Of a stretch of 64,000 nucleotides of DNA, positions 1-16,623 are shown one piece after another. The notes below the pieces were generated by a model. That model did no database searches and had not been told where the DNA came from. It saw only the letters and a list, made by a program, of their open reading frames with translations. Location of the stretch: NCBI RefSeq assembly GCF_009914755.1, contig NC_060928.1. One strand, given 5' to 3'. Each line of letters opens with the position of its first letter. Within the stretch, counting starts at the first letter, position 1. The stretch comes from the human T2T-CHM13v2.0 reference genome, Homo sapiens. The translations under genes and the position numbers were made by a program.

Positions 1-3000
1 TTGTTCTGTAAGAATCTCTTAGCTATGCAGCTATAGAGTAAGTAGGTCCACTCATCCTCTTGAGTTGAGCTGCATGAAATTTTTAAATTCTCACCCTTTG
101 GAGTGGAGCCGCTCACAAGGAGGAAGGAGACAAGGTAATACTGCATTATTGAGCTGACAAAGGCTGGAACAGTCTGGATCCAGCCATCCTGGACCAGTGT
201 CTGCCCCAGGAAGTGGCTGTGGATGTGACCTATAAGGAGCTGTAGCAGCCAGAGTACAGGCCTAACAGGTGTGAAGAGCCTTCTACAGCATGCAGGATCC
301 TGGACAACAAAGCCCCTTCCCTCAAAGCATGGCTGCAAAGGGCTCTGCCTCTGCACCTGCTATAGCAGCTGGAACAGAGGACCTGCTTCCCACTGTGGTC
401 TAGGCCTGATTATCAGGGCAGCCATACCAGCACAGGCCATCCAGCCACCATCCAGCTGGAAAGTCGCAGCAGCCTACCCAATTCCTGAGTCACTTCCCAC
501 TCTTAGCAGTGCCATTGTTATGGCATGCTCTTCACATATGGGTGGCCCAGTCTCCCGTGAAAGAGGCAGGATGAAGGAATGGATGGGACTTTAAACTGCA
601 TGGCTCTAATCCTAAAAAGAGAGAACATCCAACCCAAAACCAACACTATCTCCAGGAAAAGACACCATCCATCTACCTGAGTTTACTATGTGAGCCAGAG
701 ACCTCCCCCAGCCCATGCTTTAGCCTGACAGACCAGCCCACTCTCTTTTGCCATAAACAGCTGTCAGAAACAAGACTATGCTAGACAGGACTCCTTCCCT
801 CAAGGGAGATGGCTGGGGCAGCCTTTGAAAGGAATCGCCTCCTGATTTTCCACCACCACAGCAGGTGAGTTCCCAGTTATTAGCTTCTGAGGATGAACAG
901 GGCATGTTATAAGCATTCCAAGCTGTGAGAGATAATGCGGGTGTTCTCTGCATCTTACCCAGAGAAGTAAACTGACTGGCCAAACGTCACACAGCCTCTA
1001 AGGCTAAGTAAGGATGTAAATTCAAGTCTAAGTCTACGCAGGACACTCTGCCATTCCAGCCTGCCTTCCCAAGACACCACAGAAGACGATGAAACAGTTA
1101 ACCAAGTATTTAAAGGGAAGGAGAAAATTTCCCCCTTAACATGGAAAATTAAACCCTACTGAGTGATGAGAAATCAATCCTGAAAATTCCTCCTGAAAGC
1201 ACATTTGTGGATATGCCAAAGCTATGGACATAATGACTCTCACTCTTCTGCTAGCTACAGAGCAAAGAGTGGTCTCCTCCCCAGACAAAGAGACACAAAA
1301 GCATAGAGACTGGTAGTATTTGGAGTGTTAAGAAAGCCAGTTAAGCCCTTCTGTGAGATAACTCATAGAAATGCTATCCAAGAATCCAAAAAGAAAACAT
1401 GCCTTTTGGAAACTCTTTGAAATCAAGCTGTAAAACCTGTAAATATCAGAGTCAGATCTTCTAATACAACCTAAGGGGATTCTGACTTGAAGAAATGGCT
1501 CAGGTTATATTTAAAGGTTTTATTTTATTTAAGATCAAGAGGAGACCAAAGATAGGTGAAGAACTGATTTTTGGTCATCTGAAGATAAACAGAAAGTCAC
1601 TTAATGACACTCAGACATTTGCATTGCTGTCAATCTTTTCTCCATATGATGTATACCATTTTACTTAGAATAGTGATCAATTAGTAATTTTGATTCTGTG
1701 TTCATGTAATAAAGGATTTTATTTTGACAGTCGATATAAAGCACCTGTTGTAGCTATATTTTCATGTGACTGCTCCACTGGGAGTTGCTGCTTGCTTGCA
1801 TCACAGCCCAGGTACCACCTGCTCTTGTAGCTGACCCAAATCGTGGAGGTAAAGCCTAGCAAGAGATAACCTCAGCCTCACACACTCAAATCTATAGAGT
1901 GATAGAACAGCTGAAACATACAATCCCTTTGTTGTTTTCCTTAGCTCTCCTTTCTTTGATGTCATTCTTGATCATTTATTTTCCCATGTCTTTCCCTCAT
2001 GCTCCACTGCATGGCTATCAATGCTTGGAAAATGTTACGTTGAAAATAAACTCATTTATCAAGTTGCTAGTTTTACAGGCAGCTCCATCTATATCATGTA
2101 TGCTCAATTACTTAAGCATACAGTAATTGACATCTTAAGCATCCTTAAGACAATGCAGTACTTCTGTACTGACACAGTGCAGATTCTGCTCAGCATTCCC
2201 CTGTCTCTTAGACTTCCTTCCCATATCGGATTTGCACAATTCATCCCAACACTTGCTGAAAACTTTTCTAGTACTGACATTTTCAACTCTTGTTTACATT
2301 GGCAATTACACAATCAAAGCAGCCTCAACAGCAAAAATCTACCACAAGAGCTGGAGACATTTAAGAACAGTATTACTGATTGCTAAATTCTAATGCATAT
2401 ATTTTAAAAGTGTATTTATAAGTTAAGTGCTTTGGTTATCATGTTTCTCCATTACAAAAGTGCCAAAGAAACATGAAGTAATTTCTCACACAATATTTAT
2501 TTCATAACTGAGTTAAATAAGTATTGTTTTGAGTGGAAACTCAATAACCTTGTTAGAAATTCTGAGGGAGCTGCAGATTCATGACAATGAATAGTTAATT
2601 GTCCAATTATTCAGTAAAGCTCAAACACTTAATAACACAATGGACAGAATAAGTCAGAAAGGCAAGAAGCTTGGGGTGAAACCCAGCTTTGCTGGAGCTG
2701 GTGCTTGCATTACCAGATGGTGTGCCTATGCACATACGAAAACAGAAAGACAAACAGCAAGGAGGCAAATGGAAACAGATGACTTCCTATTAGTCCTCTG
2801 TTGAGCCTTCATCAACCTGACTTCCTTATTTGATTTGAAGTGGTGTGTCCTCCCAAATCACTGAACAAGCCCATTCAAATGCATGCAGAAGTATCAAAGG
2901 GGAACGAAGTATGTAAAGTTTTCTATTGTTAGTCACTTTGGAAAACTTCTCATAAATTAGTACTGCTGGAGCAATTAATTGAACTCCAAATGTATTATTT

Positions 3001-4029
3001 CTTACCCACTTTTAACTTTCCTTAACTAGAGCTCTCAATAGTGCTGTCAATTATTTTTAATTTTTGATAGAGATTAGACAATATATTCTATTATTTTGAT
3101 GTGCCTTTAATTGTGTGATTAAAATACTGGTGAAAACCAATTACTTAACTAGAAACCTGATATTTTAGGGTCGTTTAAACCCTATACCAATATGATAGTA
3201 CTTTAAGTTTATTTTTTGCAGAATATGTTCTAGAACTCAGAACTTTTAGTCTTGGTAAAGTTGTTTTGTTTTGTTTTTAACTAAGCTTTTGTATTTCTCA
3301 AATATTTAGTCCCCTACAACAAATTTAGGTCTAGCCACCCCAACAAAGTATCATGCAACCTCTTTGAACCATCTAAGATAATCTATTTTAAATTGCATCT
3401 CAAATACCATGACCCATCAAAGTCATAGTTCAGTGAACAAATCTAATACATTCTCAATAAATCACTTATATAAGGTATATTCAATGAATTTTGATTTATT
3501 TCTTTACAAAACAAAAAACCACAAACAAGCAAACAACAGTAGCTTCTAAAAACACTGTACATTCCTCCATAACAAAATTACCCCAGACATTGTACCATCA
3601 TTCTGACAGCTGAAGTTTTCCAGAAGATGCATTAGTCCATATTTATAGGAGCTGACAGAATTTCAGTTGATTGCTTGTGACATTTTTGTCTAGATCAGAA
3701 GGGCAATGTTTACCACCTAAAATTCACTTAATGGAGCAACGCAATATTTCATACTTCAAAGGCCAAAAGAATGAAATTATTTCAAAAGATGTACTGCCTT
3801 ACGTGCTTGTCATGAAAGTGTCAATTCTTCTTAAACAGGAAAGGCTAAATAATCATAACCAAACAATTCTGTGGATAGATCTTCAATCATTTTGCTTTCC
3901 TCAAAAACACTGTTTATTAAAGACCATTGTCTGACTTCTATTCCCTAATACATTGTGGTTACAAGTACAAAGATTTGCAGGGAAATATAATGACAACTAA
4001 GTCCACTCAAATTACCATTGGCATTTATG

Positions 4030-4104
4030 GCTTTTCCACTGGCGATTTTGGAACTCAATGGCAGAAATGTCAAGAAGAGTTTTATCCTTTGCCGAAAGAG
4101 AAAA
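4030..4104 (+). ncRNA. MIR8053: microRNA precursor hairpin matching MIR8053 (mature TGGCGATTTTGGAACTCAATGGCA, 4040-4063), antisense to CORIN intron 13
   Basis: Mature sequence recalled from miRBase. Visible pairing TTTTC/GAAAA, TGGCGA/TTGCCG, TGGAACTC/GAGTTTTA. Confidence 0.75.
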
Positions 4105-4346
4105 AATATGAGAGGACATGAAAATGAATCCCAATTAGACTGGGAATGATGGAGTCTGAACTCTGAATGTTGGAGTATGAACTCTGCCTTCATGCATCTA
4201 GATGTCTATTTAGCAACATGGGAAGCATACGCAAAGACACTATTATTCTGGCTTTAAAACTGATAACAATGGCTTTATAATTTAATAATAAAAATAATTC
4301 TTTACATTTGTGAGGTGCTTCTCCTTTTAATAAGTGTTTGCAAATA

Positions 4347-4694
4347 TAGTAGTGCCCCTCCACCCTTATCTGAAGTTTCAGTTTCCACAGTTTCAGTTAT
4401 CCCTGGTTAAGCATGGTCCAAAAATGTTGGCACAATACAATAAGATATTTTGAGACAGAGAGAGAGAAACCGCATTCTCATTACTTTTCTTTCAGTACAT
4501 TGTTATAATTGATCCATTTTATTATTGTTGTTAATCTCTCATTGTGCCTAATTTATAAATTAAACTCTATCATAGGTACATATGTGTAGGAAAAAGCATA
4601 GTACTGCATATATGGGGTTCCATACAATCTATGGTTTCAGGCATCCACTGGGGGTCCTGGAACATATCCCTACGGATAAGGGGGAGGGGTACTG
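4347..4694. mobile_element. MER44A-like (Tigger7 derivative) DNA transposon
   Basis: Ends resemble the TIR CAGTAGTCCCCCCTTATCCG / CGGATAAGGGGG..ACTG, flanked by TA; about 350 bp. Confidence 0.8.
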
Positions 4695-4913
4695 TATGTA
4701 TCAGGGTTATATAGAAGTGCAATTTAGAGGAAATCAAGAGTCAGGAAAAACACTTAAAATATATGCCATACTGTTCAATAATTTAAGAAGTAAAGACATT
4801 AGCATTGAATCCTAGTCCTACTATCAGTGAATAGTTTCCATTTTTAACACAGTTTCTTATTTTATTCTAGTTATCACTGTACATTCAAGAAAAGTACCAT
4901 TGCACATACATAC

Positions 4914-5021
4914 CACAGTTTTCCTCATCACTGTCATCGTCACAGTCGGCCTGGCCATCACATCTTCTGGAAGCCAGAACACACTGTCCTGAGCGGCACT
5001 TGAAATGACTAGGTGAGCATT
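4914..5021 (-). CDS. CORIN: CORIN exon 13 (108 bp, phase 1-1), LDLRA repeat 6: [35 protein letters not shown]
   Basis: Acceptor ttttaatag|AA TGC, donor TGT G|gtatgt; manual translation, absent from the ORF track. Confidence 0.96.
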
Positions 5022-7515
5022 CTATTAAAAACAATATTACTGTTAAAGGGCTGAAAACCCAGAAACATCAGCTGATTTATGTATTTACATGTAGGATGTT
5101 GTCAAGGAGCTTTTACTGAAGATAAGGGTGGTCTCTTGCAAAACGAAATAGCCATTTTGCTTTGGCATTCTTCTGCCTGCCAATCAGCATCTTTCTCCTT
5201 CATTCTTGGCCTCATCCCTCTAGATACGCGGTTTAACATCTATGTATTCCAATGATTAATTTTCTTTCCAAATGGGACAACCCAACAATTGCCAGAGCCT
5301 GATATGCCTTGTGCAGTCAGTGCTCCTGACTACCTAGCGGCTCTCAATGTGTCAAAATCATTTTCACATCCCCATCTTTCCACCTAGTCCACAATTCCAT
5401 TTCTGTACTTAATGATCCTATGTTGCCATGGTCCCCAAATGTTTTTTACTTGAAGGAACCAAGGTTTGATGTTCACCTTTGCCTTCAGGATCACTAGTAT
5501 AAAAGCATCCATACATAATGGGCTCTGTGAGTAAAGTACAGTTTAAAAAACACCTGGAGTACTAATTAAACTCATCTCTGAGTTCATTATTTTTAATTTT
5601 AAAATGATTTTTTGGGGGGAAGATGGAGCAAGATGGCCAAATAGAAGCCTCCACTAATTGTCCTTTCTGCAGGAACACCAACCTGAACAGCATCCACACA
5701 AAAAAGCACCTTCATAAGAACTAAAAATCATATAAGCAATCACAGTACCTGGTTTTAAATTCAGATCACTGAAAAAGGCACTGACAAGGGTAGGAAAGAC
5801 AGTCTTGAATCACCAACACCACCCCTCCCCCATTCCCCAGCAAGAGCTGCATAGCACAGAGAATCTGTGCACTTGTGGAGTGATTGTGGGACTTTGCATT
5901 GGAACTCAGTGCTGTCCTATCACAGCAGAAAGCAACACCAGGCAGAGCTCAGCCAGTGCCCATGCATGGAGGGAGCATTTAGATGAACCCCAGCCAAAGG
6001 GGAATCACCCATCCCAGTGGTCAGAATTTAAGTTCTGGCAAGCCTTACCACCACAGGCTAAAGTGTTTTGGGGTCCTTAATATACTTGAAAGGCAGTCTA
6101 GCTCACAAGGACTGCAATTCTTGGGCAAGTCCTGATGCTGTGCTGGGCTTGGAGACAGTGGACTTGGGGGCATGCAACCTAGTGCATGCCGCAGAGTGGC
6201 CAAGAGAGTGCTTGTGCCACCCCTTCCCCAACCCCAGGCAGGCACAGCTCACAGCTCAGAAAGAGACCTCCTTTCTTCTGCTTGAGGACAGGAGAGGGGA
6301 GAGTAAAGAGGATTTTGTCTTGCAACTTGGATATCAGCTTAGCCACAGTAGAATAGGGCACCAGACAGAGTCCTGTCCTAAGGCCCCCATTCCAGGCCCT
6401 AGCTTCCAGACATTTCTAGACATATCTTCAACCAAAAGGGAACCCACTGCCTTGAAGAAAAGGGCCCAGCCCTGGCAGCATTAGTTACCAGCTGACTAAA
6501 GAGCCCTTGGGCCCTGAATAATCAGTAGCAGTACTCAGGCAGTACTTCTCATGAGCCTTCGGTGAGACTCTGAGATGGGCTGGCTTCAGGTGTAACTCAG
6601 CACATTCCCAGCTGTGATGGCTACAGGGAGAAACTCCTGCTTGAGAACAGGAGAGGGAAGAGTAAAAGGGATTTTGTCTTGCAGCTTAGGTACCAGGCTT
6701 GGCCACAGCGGGGTAGAACATCAAGTGAATTCTTGGGGTCTCTAATTCTAAGCCCTGGCTCTTGGATGACATTTCTGGATGTGCCCTGAGTCAGAGGGGA
6801 GCCCCCTGTCCTGAAGTGAGAGTCCCAGGCCTGGCAGCATTCACCACAGACTGACTGAAGAACCCTTGGGCCTTGAGTGAACACTTGTGGTTTGGTAGTA
6901 CTTGTCATAGACCTGGGGTGGTAGTGATCATGAGGAAAAACCACTAGCACTCTTCCATTACCTCTCTGTGGAAAGAGGAAGAGTGAGAAGAACTTTGACT
7001 TGTGGCTTGGGCGCCAATACTGCAGAAATTCAAAGGATCATCAGAGTCTACTATGAGCAACTATATACCAATAAATTGGAAAGCCTATGAGAGATGAATA
7101 TATTCTTAGAAATATACAACCTACTAAGATTGAACCATAAAGAAATCCAAAATCTGAACAGAACAATAACAAGTAATGCTATTTAAGTAATACTTAAAAG
7201 TCTTTCAGCAGAAAAAAAAAAAAAAAAGCCTGGTGCCCAGTGGTTTCACTGCTGAACTTTGCCAAATATTTAAAGAAGAACTAGTACCAATTCTGCTCAA
7301 ACTACTCCAAACAATAGAGGAGGAAGGAATACATCCAAATTCATTCTACAAAGCCAGTATTACCCTGAAACCAAAGCTAGACAAAGACACATCAAAAAAA
7401 AGAAAACTACACACCAATTTCCTTGATGAACATTGACATAAAAGTCCTCAAGAAAATACCAGCAAACTGAATTCAACAACACATTAAAAGGTCATTCATC
7501 ATGACCATTTAGGAT

Positions 7516-7813
<298 letters not shown>

Positions 7814-8566
7814 TGACCATTTAGGATTTACAGGAGTGATGTAACATATGCAAATCAATCAATGTGATACATCATATCAACAGAATGAAGGACAAAAATC
7901 ATATGATCATTTCAGTTGATGCATTTGATAAAATTCAACATCCCTTCCTGAAAAAAAATCCCTCAAAAAACTGGGTAAGAAGGAACATACCTCAGCAAAA
8001 TAAAAGCCATATTTCACAGACCCACAGTTAGTATCAAACTAAATGGGGAAAAACTGAAAGCCTTATCTCCAAGATCTGGAACATGACAAAGATACCCACT
8101 CTCACCACTGTTATTCAACATAGTGATAGAAGTCCTAGCTGAAGCAGTCATAAAAGAGAAAGAAATAAAGGCCATCCAAATTGGAAATGAAGAAGTCAAA
8201 TTATTCTTGATTGCAAATGATATGATCTTATGTTTGGAAAAACTTAAAAACTCCGCCAAAAAGCTACAGAACTGATAAACAAATTCAGTAAAGTTGCAAG
8301 ATACAAAATCAACATACAAAAATTAGTAGCATTTCTATATGCCAACAACAAAAAATGTGAAAGAGAAACCAAGAAAGTAACCTCATTTACAAAAGCCACA
8401 AATAAAATAAAATACCTGGAAATTAACTTAATCAAAGAAATGAAAGGTCTCTGTGATGAAAACCATAAAACACTGATGAAACAAATTAAAGAGGATATAA
8501 AGAATGGAAAGATAATCCATGTTCATGGATTGGAAGAATCAATATTGTTAAACTTTCCATATTATG

Positions 8567-11139
<2,573 letters not shown>

Positions 11140-13070
11140 CTATGTAAAGCAATCTATAGATTAAATATAATCCCAATGACATTCTTCACAGAAATGGGAA
11201 AAAAGTCCTAAAATTCATATGGAATCACAAAAGACTCAGAACAGCCAAAGCTATCCCGAGCAAAAAGAACTAGAGGAATCACATTACCTGACTTCAAATT
11301 ACACTACAGAGCTATAATAGCAAAAACAGAATGGTACCAGCATAAAAACAGACACATAGGCTAAGGGAACAGAAAACTGAGAAAAGAACTCATACATCTA
11401 CAGTGAACTCATTTTCAGCAAAGGTTTCAAGAACACACACTGGGGAAAGGACAGTCTCTTCAGTGAATGGTGCTGAGAAAACTGGATATTCATATGCAGA
11501 AGAATGAAATTAGACCCCTATCTCTCACCACATACAAAAATCAAATCAAAATGAATAAAGACTTAAACCTATGACTTCAAACTATGAAACTACTAGAAGA
11601 AAACATTGGGGAAACTTTCCAGTACACTGGACTGCACAAAGATTTCTTATGTAATATCACAGGAACACAGACAACCAAAGCAAAAATGGACAAATGCGAT
11701 TACATAAAGTTAAAAAGCTTCTGCAAAGCAAAGGAAAGTGAAGAGACAACTCACAGAATGGGAGAAAATATTTGCAAAATATCCATATGATAAGGGATTA
11801 ATAACCAGAATATATAAAATGCTCAAACAACTCTATACAAAAATAACTAATAATCTGATTTAAAAATGGACAAAAGAGCTGAATAAACATATCTCAAAAG
11901 AAGACATACGAATGACAAACAGGTATATGAAAAGGTGCTCAACATCACTGACTATCAGATAAATGCAAATCAAAACTACAATGAGGTATCATCTCACCCA
12001 AATTAAAATGTCTTATATCCAAAAGACAGACAATAACAAATGCTAGCAAGGATGTGGAGAAAAGGGGATCCTCACCCACTATTGGTGAGAATGCAAATTG
12101 GTACAACCACTAGGGAGAACAATTTAGAGGCTTCTCAAAAAACTAAAAGTAGACCTAATACATGACCCAGCAATCCCACTGCTAGGTATATACCTAAAAG
12201 AAAGGAAACCAGTATATAGAAGAGATATCTGCACTCCCATGCTTGTTGCAGCACTATTCACAATAGCCAAGATTTGGAAGCAACCTAAGTGTCCATCAAA
12301 AGATGAATGGTTAAAGAAAATGTGGTACATATATGCAATGGATTATTATTCAGCCTTAAAAAAGAATGAGATCCTGTCGTTTGCAACAACAAGGATAAAA
12401 GAAGACGTCATTATGTTACCTGAAATAAGCCAGGCACAGAAATACAAACTTCTTATGTTCTCACTTATTTGTGGGAGCTGAAAATTAACACAATTGAAGT
12501 CATGGTGATAGAAAGTAGACCAATGGTTGCCAGTGTCTGCGAAGGGTAGTGGTGGGGGAAAGCAGGGTTGGTTAATTGGTACAGAAATATAGTTAGATAG
12601 AATGAATAAGATCTAGTATTTGATAGCACAACAGAGTGACTACAGTCAACAATAATTTATTGTACATTTAAAGATAACTAAAGGAGTATAACTGGATTGT
12701 TTGTAACATAAAGAAAGGATAAATGCTTGGGGTGATGGATATCTCATCTACTTGATGTGATTATTATGCACTGTATGCCTGTATCAAAATATTTTAGGTA
12801 CCCCATACATATATACACCTATGTACCCACAAAAGTAAAAGAATAGAAATAGAAAATGACTTCTTTATTTTTAAAATGAATGCAATATCTAACAGATGAG
12901 TGCCAAATTCTTCAATGCAATCAAGTTCACAAATTCACTCACCTAAGCAGCCTGATTGGAAACTAAATAGAAAACAAACAAACAAGAAGCCATAAATAGA
13001 AGAAATTCAAAAGGTAGCTAACATGTTCATCCATGTTAGATACCCTGCTGTAATTAATTTTAAAATTAAC

Positions 13071-13216
13071 CTTCCACATATTCATCAGGCATCAGGCAGG
13101 TTTGATTGTCTGAATTTTCCTCTGGAAATTGACTGCAATCTGTGTCTTCAGGCCACTGTAGGCCCACAATCCCAAGAACAGACTCACAGCGTTCTTTAGA
13201 GTGTTCACACAATGCC
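13071..13216 (-). CDS. CORIN: CORIN exon 12 (146 bp, phase 2-1), C-terminal part of frizzled domain 2: ALCEHSKERCESVLGIVGLQWPEDTDCSQFPEENSDNQTCLMPDEYVE
   Basis: Acceptor tcatctag|G GCA, donor GAA G|gttaat; ORF 13066..13263. Confidence 0.97.
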
Positions 13217-15679
13217 CTAGATGAACAAGAAAGACAAAACATTAGAAGCAGAAATAGCTCCATCTGAGACAGATGTCATAAATTTATGTCAAGTTTTAAT
13301 TCTGTGTATGTGGCATGTATTGTGGGTGTGTGGATATAAAAGATGCACATATATATGATAGGTATTTGGGAAACCAAAATGAGTAATATCTCCGCAAAGA
13401 GTATACATTCCAGCACCACACTTTCACCAAAAGAAACTTTATTGCAGAAATAGGTCTAAAGATGTTTCCAGGACACAGATTCCCTTCTCTACACTGCCTT
13501 TCTCATTCTGTCTTCTGTCTTTGAAGGAGACATATTCTCCAACCTTTTGTTCCAAACAGGGAAGTCTCCAACATCACTTTGGATAGTTTGCCACCAAAGT
13601 CATTGAATCTATACAACACCCTCATCCTCAGAGATCTCCCCCTCTGCAGACCAGCCTTGTGAGCCATCTCATGTGCCACCTTAGCTTGCCTAAGGCATGC
13701 CTCCCTTACTTCAGCTTCCATCAATATTGGTGAAAAGCTTAGGACTCCTTCCAAACCCACTTACGTTGAGCTCGAGTTGGTTAAAATGTTTGGTTTTTGT
13801 TTTAAAGAAATGATATATTATTGTATCAGGTGCTTTCGTGCGTATTATGTCTTTTGTCTCCAGAATATTTTTAAGTTAAAGTATCAGCGTGCCTCACAGA
13901 AGATTTCTTTACTTCTTTTTTTACTTCTTATGGAAAACAATATGATTTTTGTCTCAATATATTACTAAGAAATTAGTTACACAGTTAAAAAAAAAACTAA
14001 CCAAAGTAAGTTCCTAGGCCAATATACTCTTAATGGACTCAAATAAACTCTTACTTATCAAAAGTTTCAAATTTTATACACTAATTCAACCAAGTTCTCA
14101 TTTTTAAGATAAAATGGGAGACAGATCTTCCAGAAAGGCCAGCTCCAGTCTTGCCCAAAACTGGTAGAGAAAGTGTAACAATCAAATGAGGAAATTTCGG
14201 AGAAAGTTCTGTCTAGGTTTAAGTCTGGACAAAGCTCAGCATAACTCAACACTGGCTTAGCCCAGGAATTTGTGGTAAAGATAAAGCCATGGTATTTCTA
14301 TATTAGGTCAGGAAAGATGGAAAGTTCAATAGTTGATAACTGTCTGTTGAACTAACTAGTTTTGTTGCAGATTTATAAAAAATGTATATAACTCAATTGC
14401 AACTGCTATTTTAAATTAGTCATATGATACTTATTTGTACAAAAGACTATATAGTGCCTGACTCTACCACTTCCAATTTTTTTCTGTAAAATGGAAATTA
14501 CAACAATATGCAGCACCACAAGTCCAGGGGGCGCTGTTCTTATCATAGTCCTTGTAGTGTTCAGCCATAGGTAGCACCTCTGATGATACACACTTCAAAA
14601 GGTTATTTTGAGTACGCTACAGCATAACAATCCTCAAGTATTTAGCCCATTGTAAGGACTCGATGTTAGATTTTTCAGTCTCATAGCTAAAAAATTCAAT
14701 GTTAAAATTAATAAACACACCTAGCAAAAGCAACTATGTATTGCTTTATGAACTTATTAGCATATTATTCAAAAATTTCTTATAAACAAATATCAAAATA
14801 TAAAATTCGTAGTGATAGACACTGAAAATGAAAGATGTATGGGTAAACCTGAAAAAAAGAAATAAATTTATCTAAAAGAAATTTACCAAAATTTTGATTG
14901 AACAACACTTCAGGATCATCCTTGGTCTTATGCATTTTAATATGGAACTTAAGCCCTGAAATTATAAATTACATCTGGATATAAATTCACATTTATATTT
15001 ATAGCAGAAAATGCTGCTTCAGGGAAATTTTTATCTACATATGAAAAGAAAGTCAAATGCCAGAAATTGTTAAGTACTATTAAAAGAAATTATTCACTAT
15101 CACTGACCTTGCTTTGCAAAAGTGAAGTAAGATTTAAAACAGCTTTTTAACATAAAATTGGTAGATGTTTTATTAGAGATACTTTTAAAAGTACTTAGCA
15201 GAAATTTTCAGATATTTTTCTACACAAGCTAACATTTAGTTTTATTCTCTCTATTGGTATAATTTGTTCAGTTCCCCAAGTCATTTTGAAATTTTATTAT
15301 TTCCTGTCCTGTCTCTATAGATGCCCTTACTTTGTTATCCATTTGGTATTCAGCATATAATTTATTGTTTTCTCTTCTGTCCACTATAGTAATAGTACTG
15401 CTTTTTAAAAAAAACTCTGCGTGACTTCTGATCCCAACATATGGTTTCTGCAGTTGCTACTCGCATTTAGGCCAGCACATTTGTATACCTACCCCTTGAG
15501 GGAAAACAGCACTGAAGAGAGTAGCAACTCACTTCTGAGAGTCATCCTGTATATGCAAACCCTCTGACTACAATGCCTAACACATGGCGCAGCAAAGGGA
15601 CAGACTGCCAAGAAGCTATTGTGTTCCTGTGCTATCATCATAGCTATTGTCCATTCAGGGTTCATTACAATGAATCAGA

Positions 15680-15865
15680 AGCACTTTACATTCATTTGAT
15701 CTCAAAACAATACAACCCAACAACCATTACTATCCTTATTCTACATGTAAAGGAACCGAGGCTGAGAGAGACTCAGGATTTTGTCTAAGGGCTACCTAGA
15801 AACTAGAGAAGGGTCAAGATTTTAACCCAAACATGGACTCTGGAACAATACTCTTGACACTAGAA
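15680..15865. mobile_element. MIR SINE fragment
   Basis: Degenerate MIR core (ATTCTACATGTAAAGGAACCGAGGCT...AAGATTTTAACCCA...GACTC). Boundaries approximate. Confidence 0.65.
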
Positions 15866-16391
15866 TATCACTCATATTCAAAGTCCAAGCTACGCTCTTG
15901 AAATAGCGCATCTTATTTCATTCAAACAGGCAGAGAAATGTCAGCAATGTCCATCGCTGTCCAATCTGTGAGTCTGGCACTATGTATTCTTATGTCATAT
16001 CTCTAACAAGTGCTGTCAGAGTGCAGCATTGTAAACACATCAGTGTTGCCAGAAAAAGAGGCAGATATATCCCTTTTATACTATCATACTTTTTTAAAAA
16101 AATGGCTTTTTAATACAACAGAATGAAATACCTGTGAATTTATTTGATTAAAACACATAAACTATCATCAAAGGACGTTCACAGCTCCCTTGTTTGGTAC
16201 TTCGTTAATGAATTCTGACTCAAATATTCATTTTACAACTTCTACTTCTTTGTCTCACTTGTTAAATATAAAGTATTTGATAAATGCAGAGCTCCTTAGG
16301 GAAATTTACGTTGTCCAAACTCAACTAAGTCTTCACCCCTTGGTTCTCTCTGAGGCAAAATAAGGGACTGGGGTAGATCCCATCATATTAC

Positions 16392-16623
16392 CTGCAAGGA
16401 GGGATACGCTCGCCTGTATTCACATCACATTTTGGTACCAAAATGGTGCAAGAAAAGAACATGAGGTATTTATAACAGTTGGTTTGAACAAGTGCAGGGA
16501 AAAGAGAAGACTCCCAGCTGATGGATGCTTCCTTTTGAGTCCTGTGGCCAAAATAATTTGGATAACTTGTACTGTTGTAGGGCAAATTCATGCAGAGTTC
16601 CAATGTAATTGGTTCACATTGAC
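16392..16623 (-). CDS. CORIN: CORIN exon 11 (232 bp, phase 1-2), N-terminal part of frizzled domain 2: QCEPITLELCMNLPYNSTSYPNYFGHRTQ...TGERIPPC
   Basis: Acceptor tttgttag|GT CAA, donor TGC AG|gtaata; frizzled CRD signature CEPITxxLCxxLPYNxTxxPN; ORF 16388..16675. Confidence 0.97.

Noticed and set aside
2021-2386. 121-aa + strand ORF containing LKHTVI, a hexapeptide I recall from corin LDLRA 7
   Set aside because: Wrong strand for CORIN, no surrounding Cys or DxSDE pattern, no splice context; a chance match.
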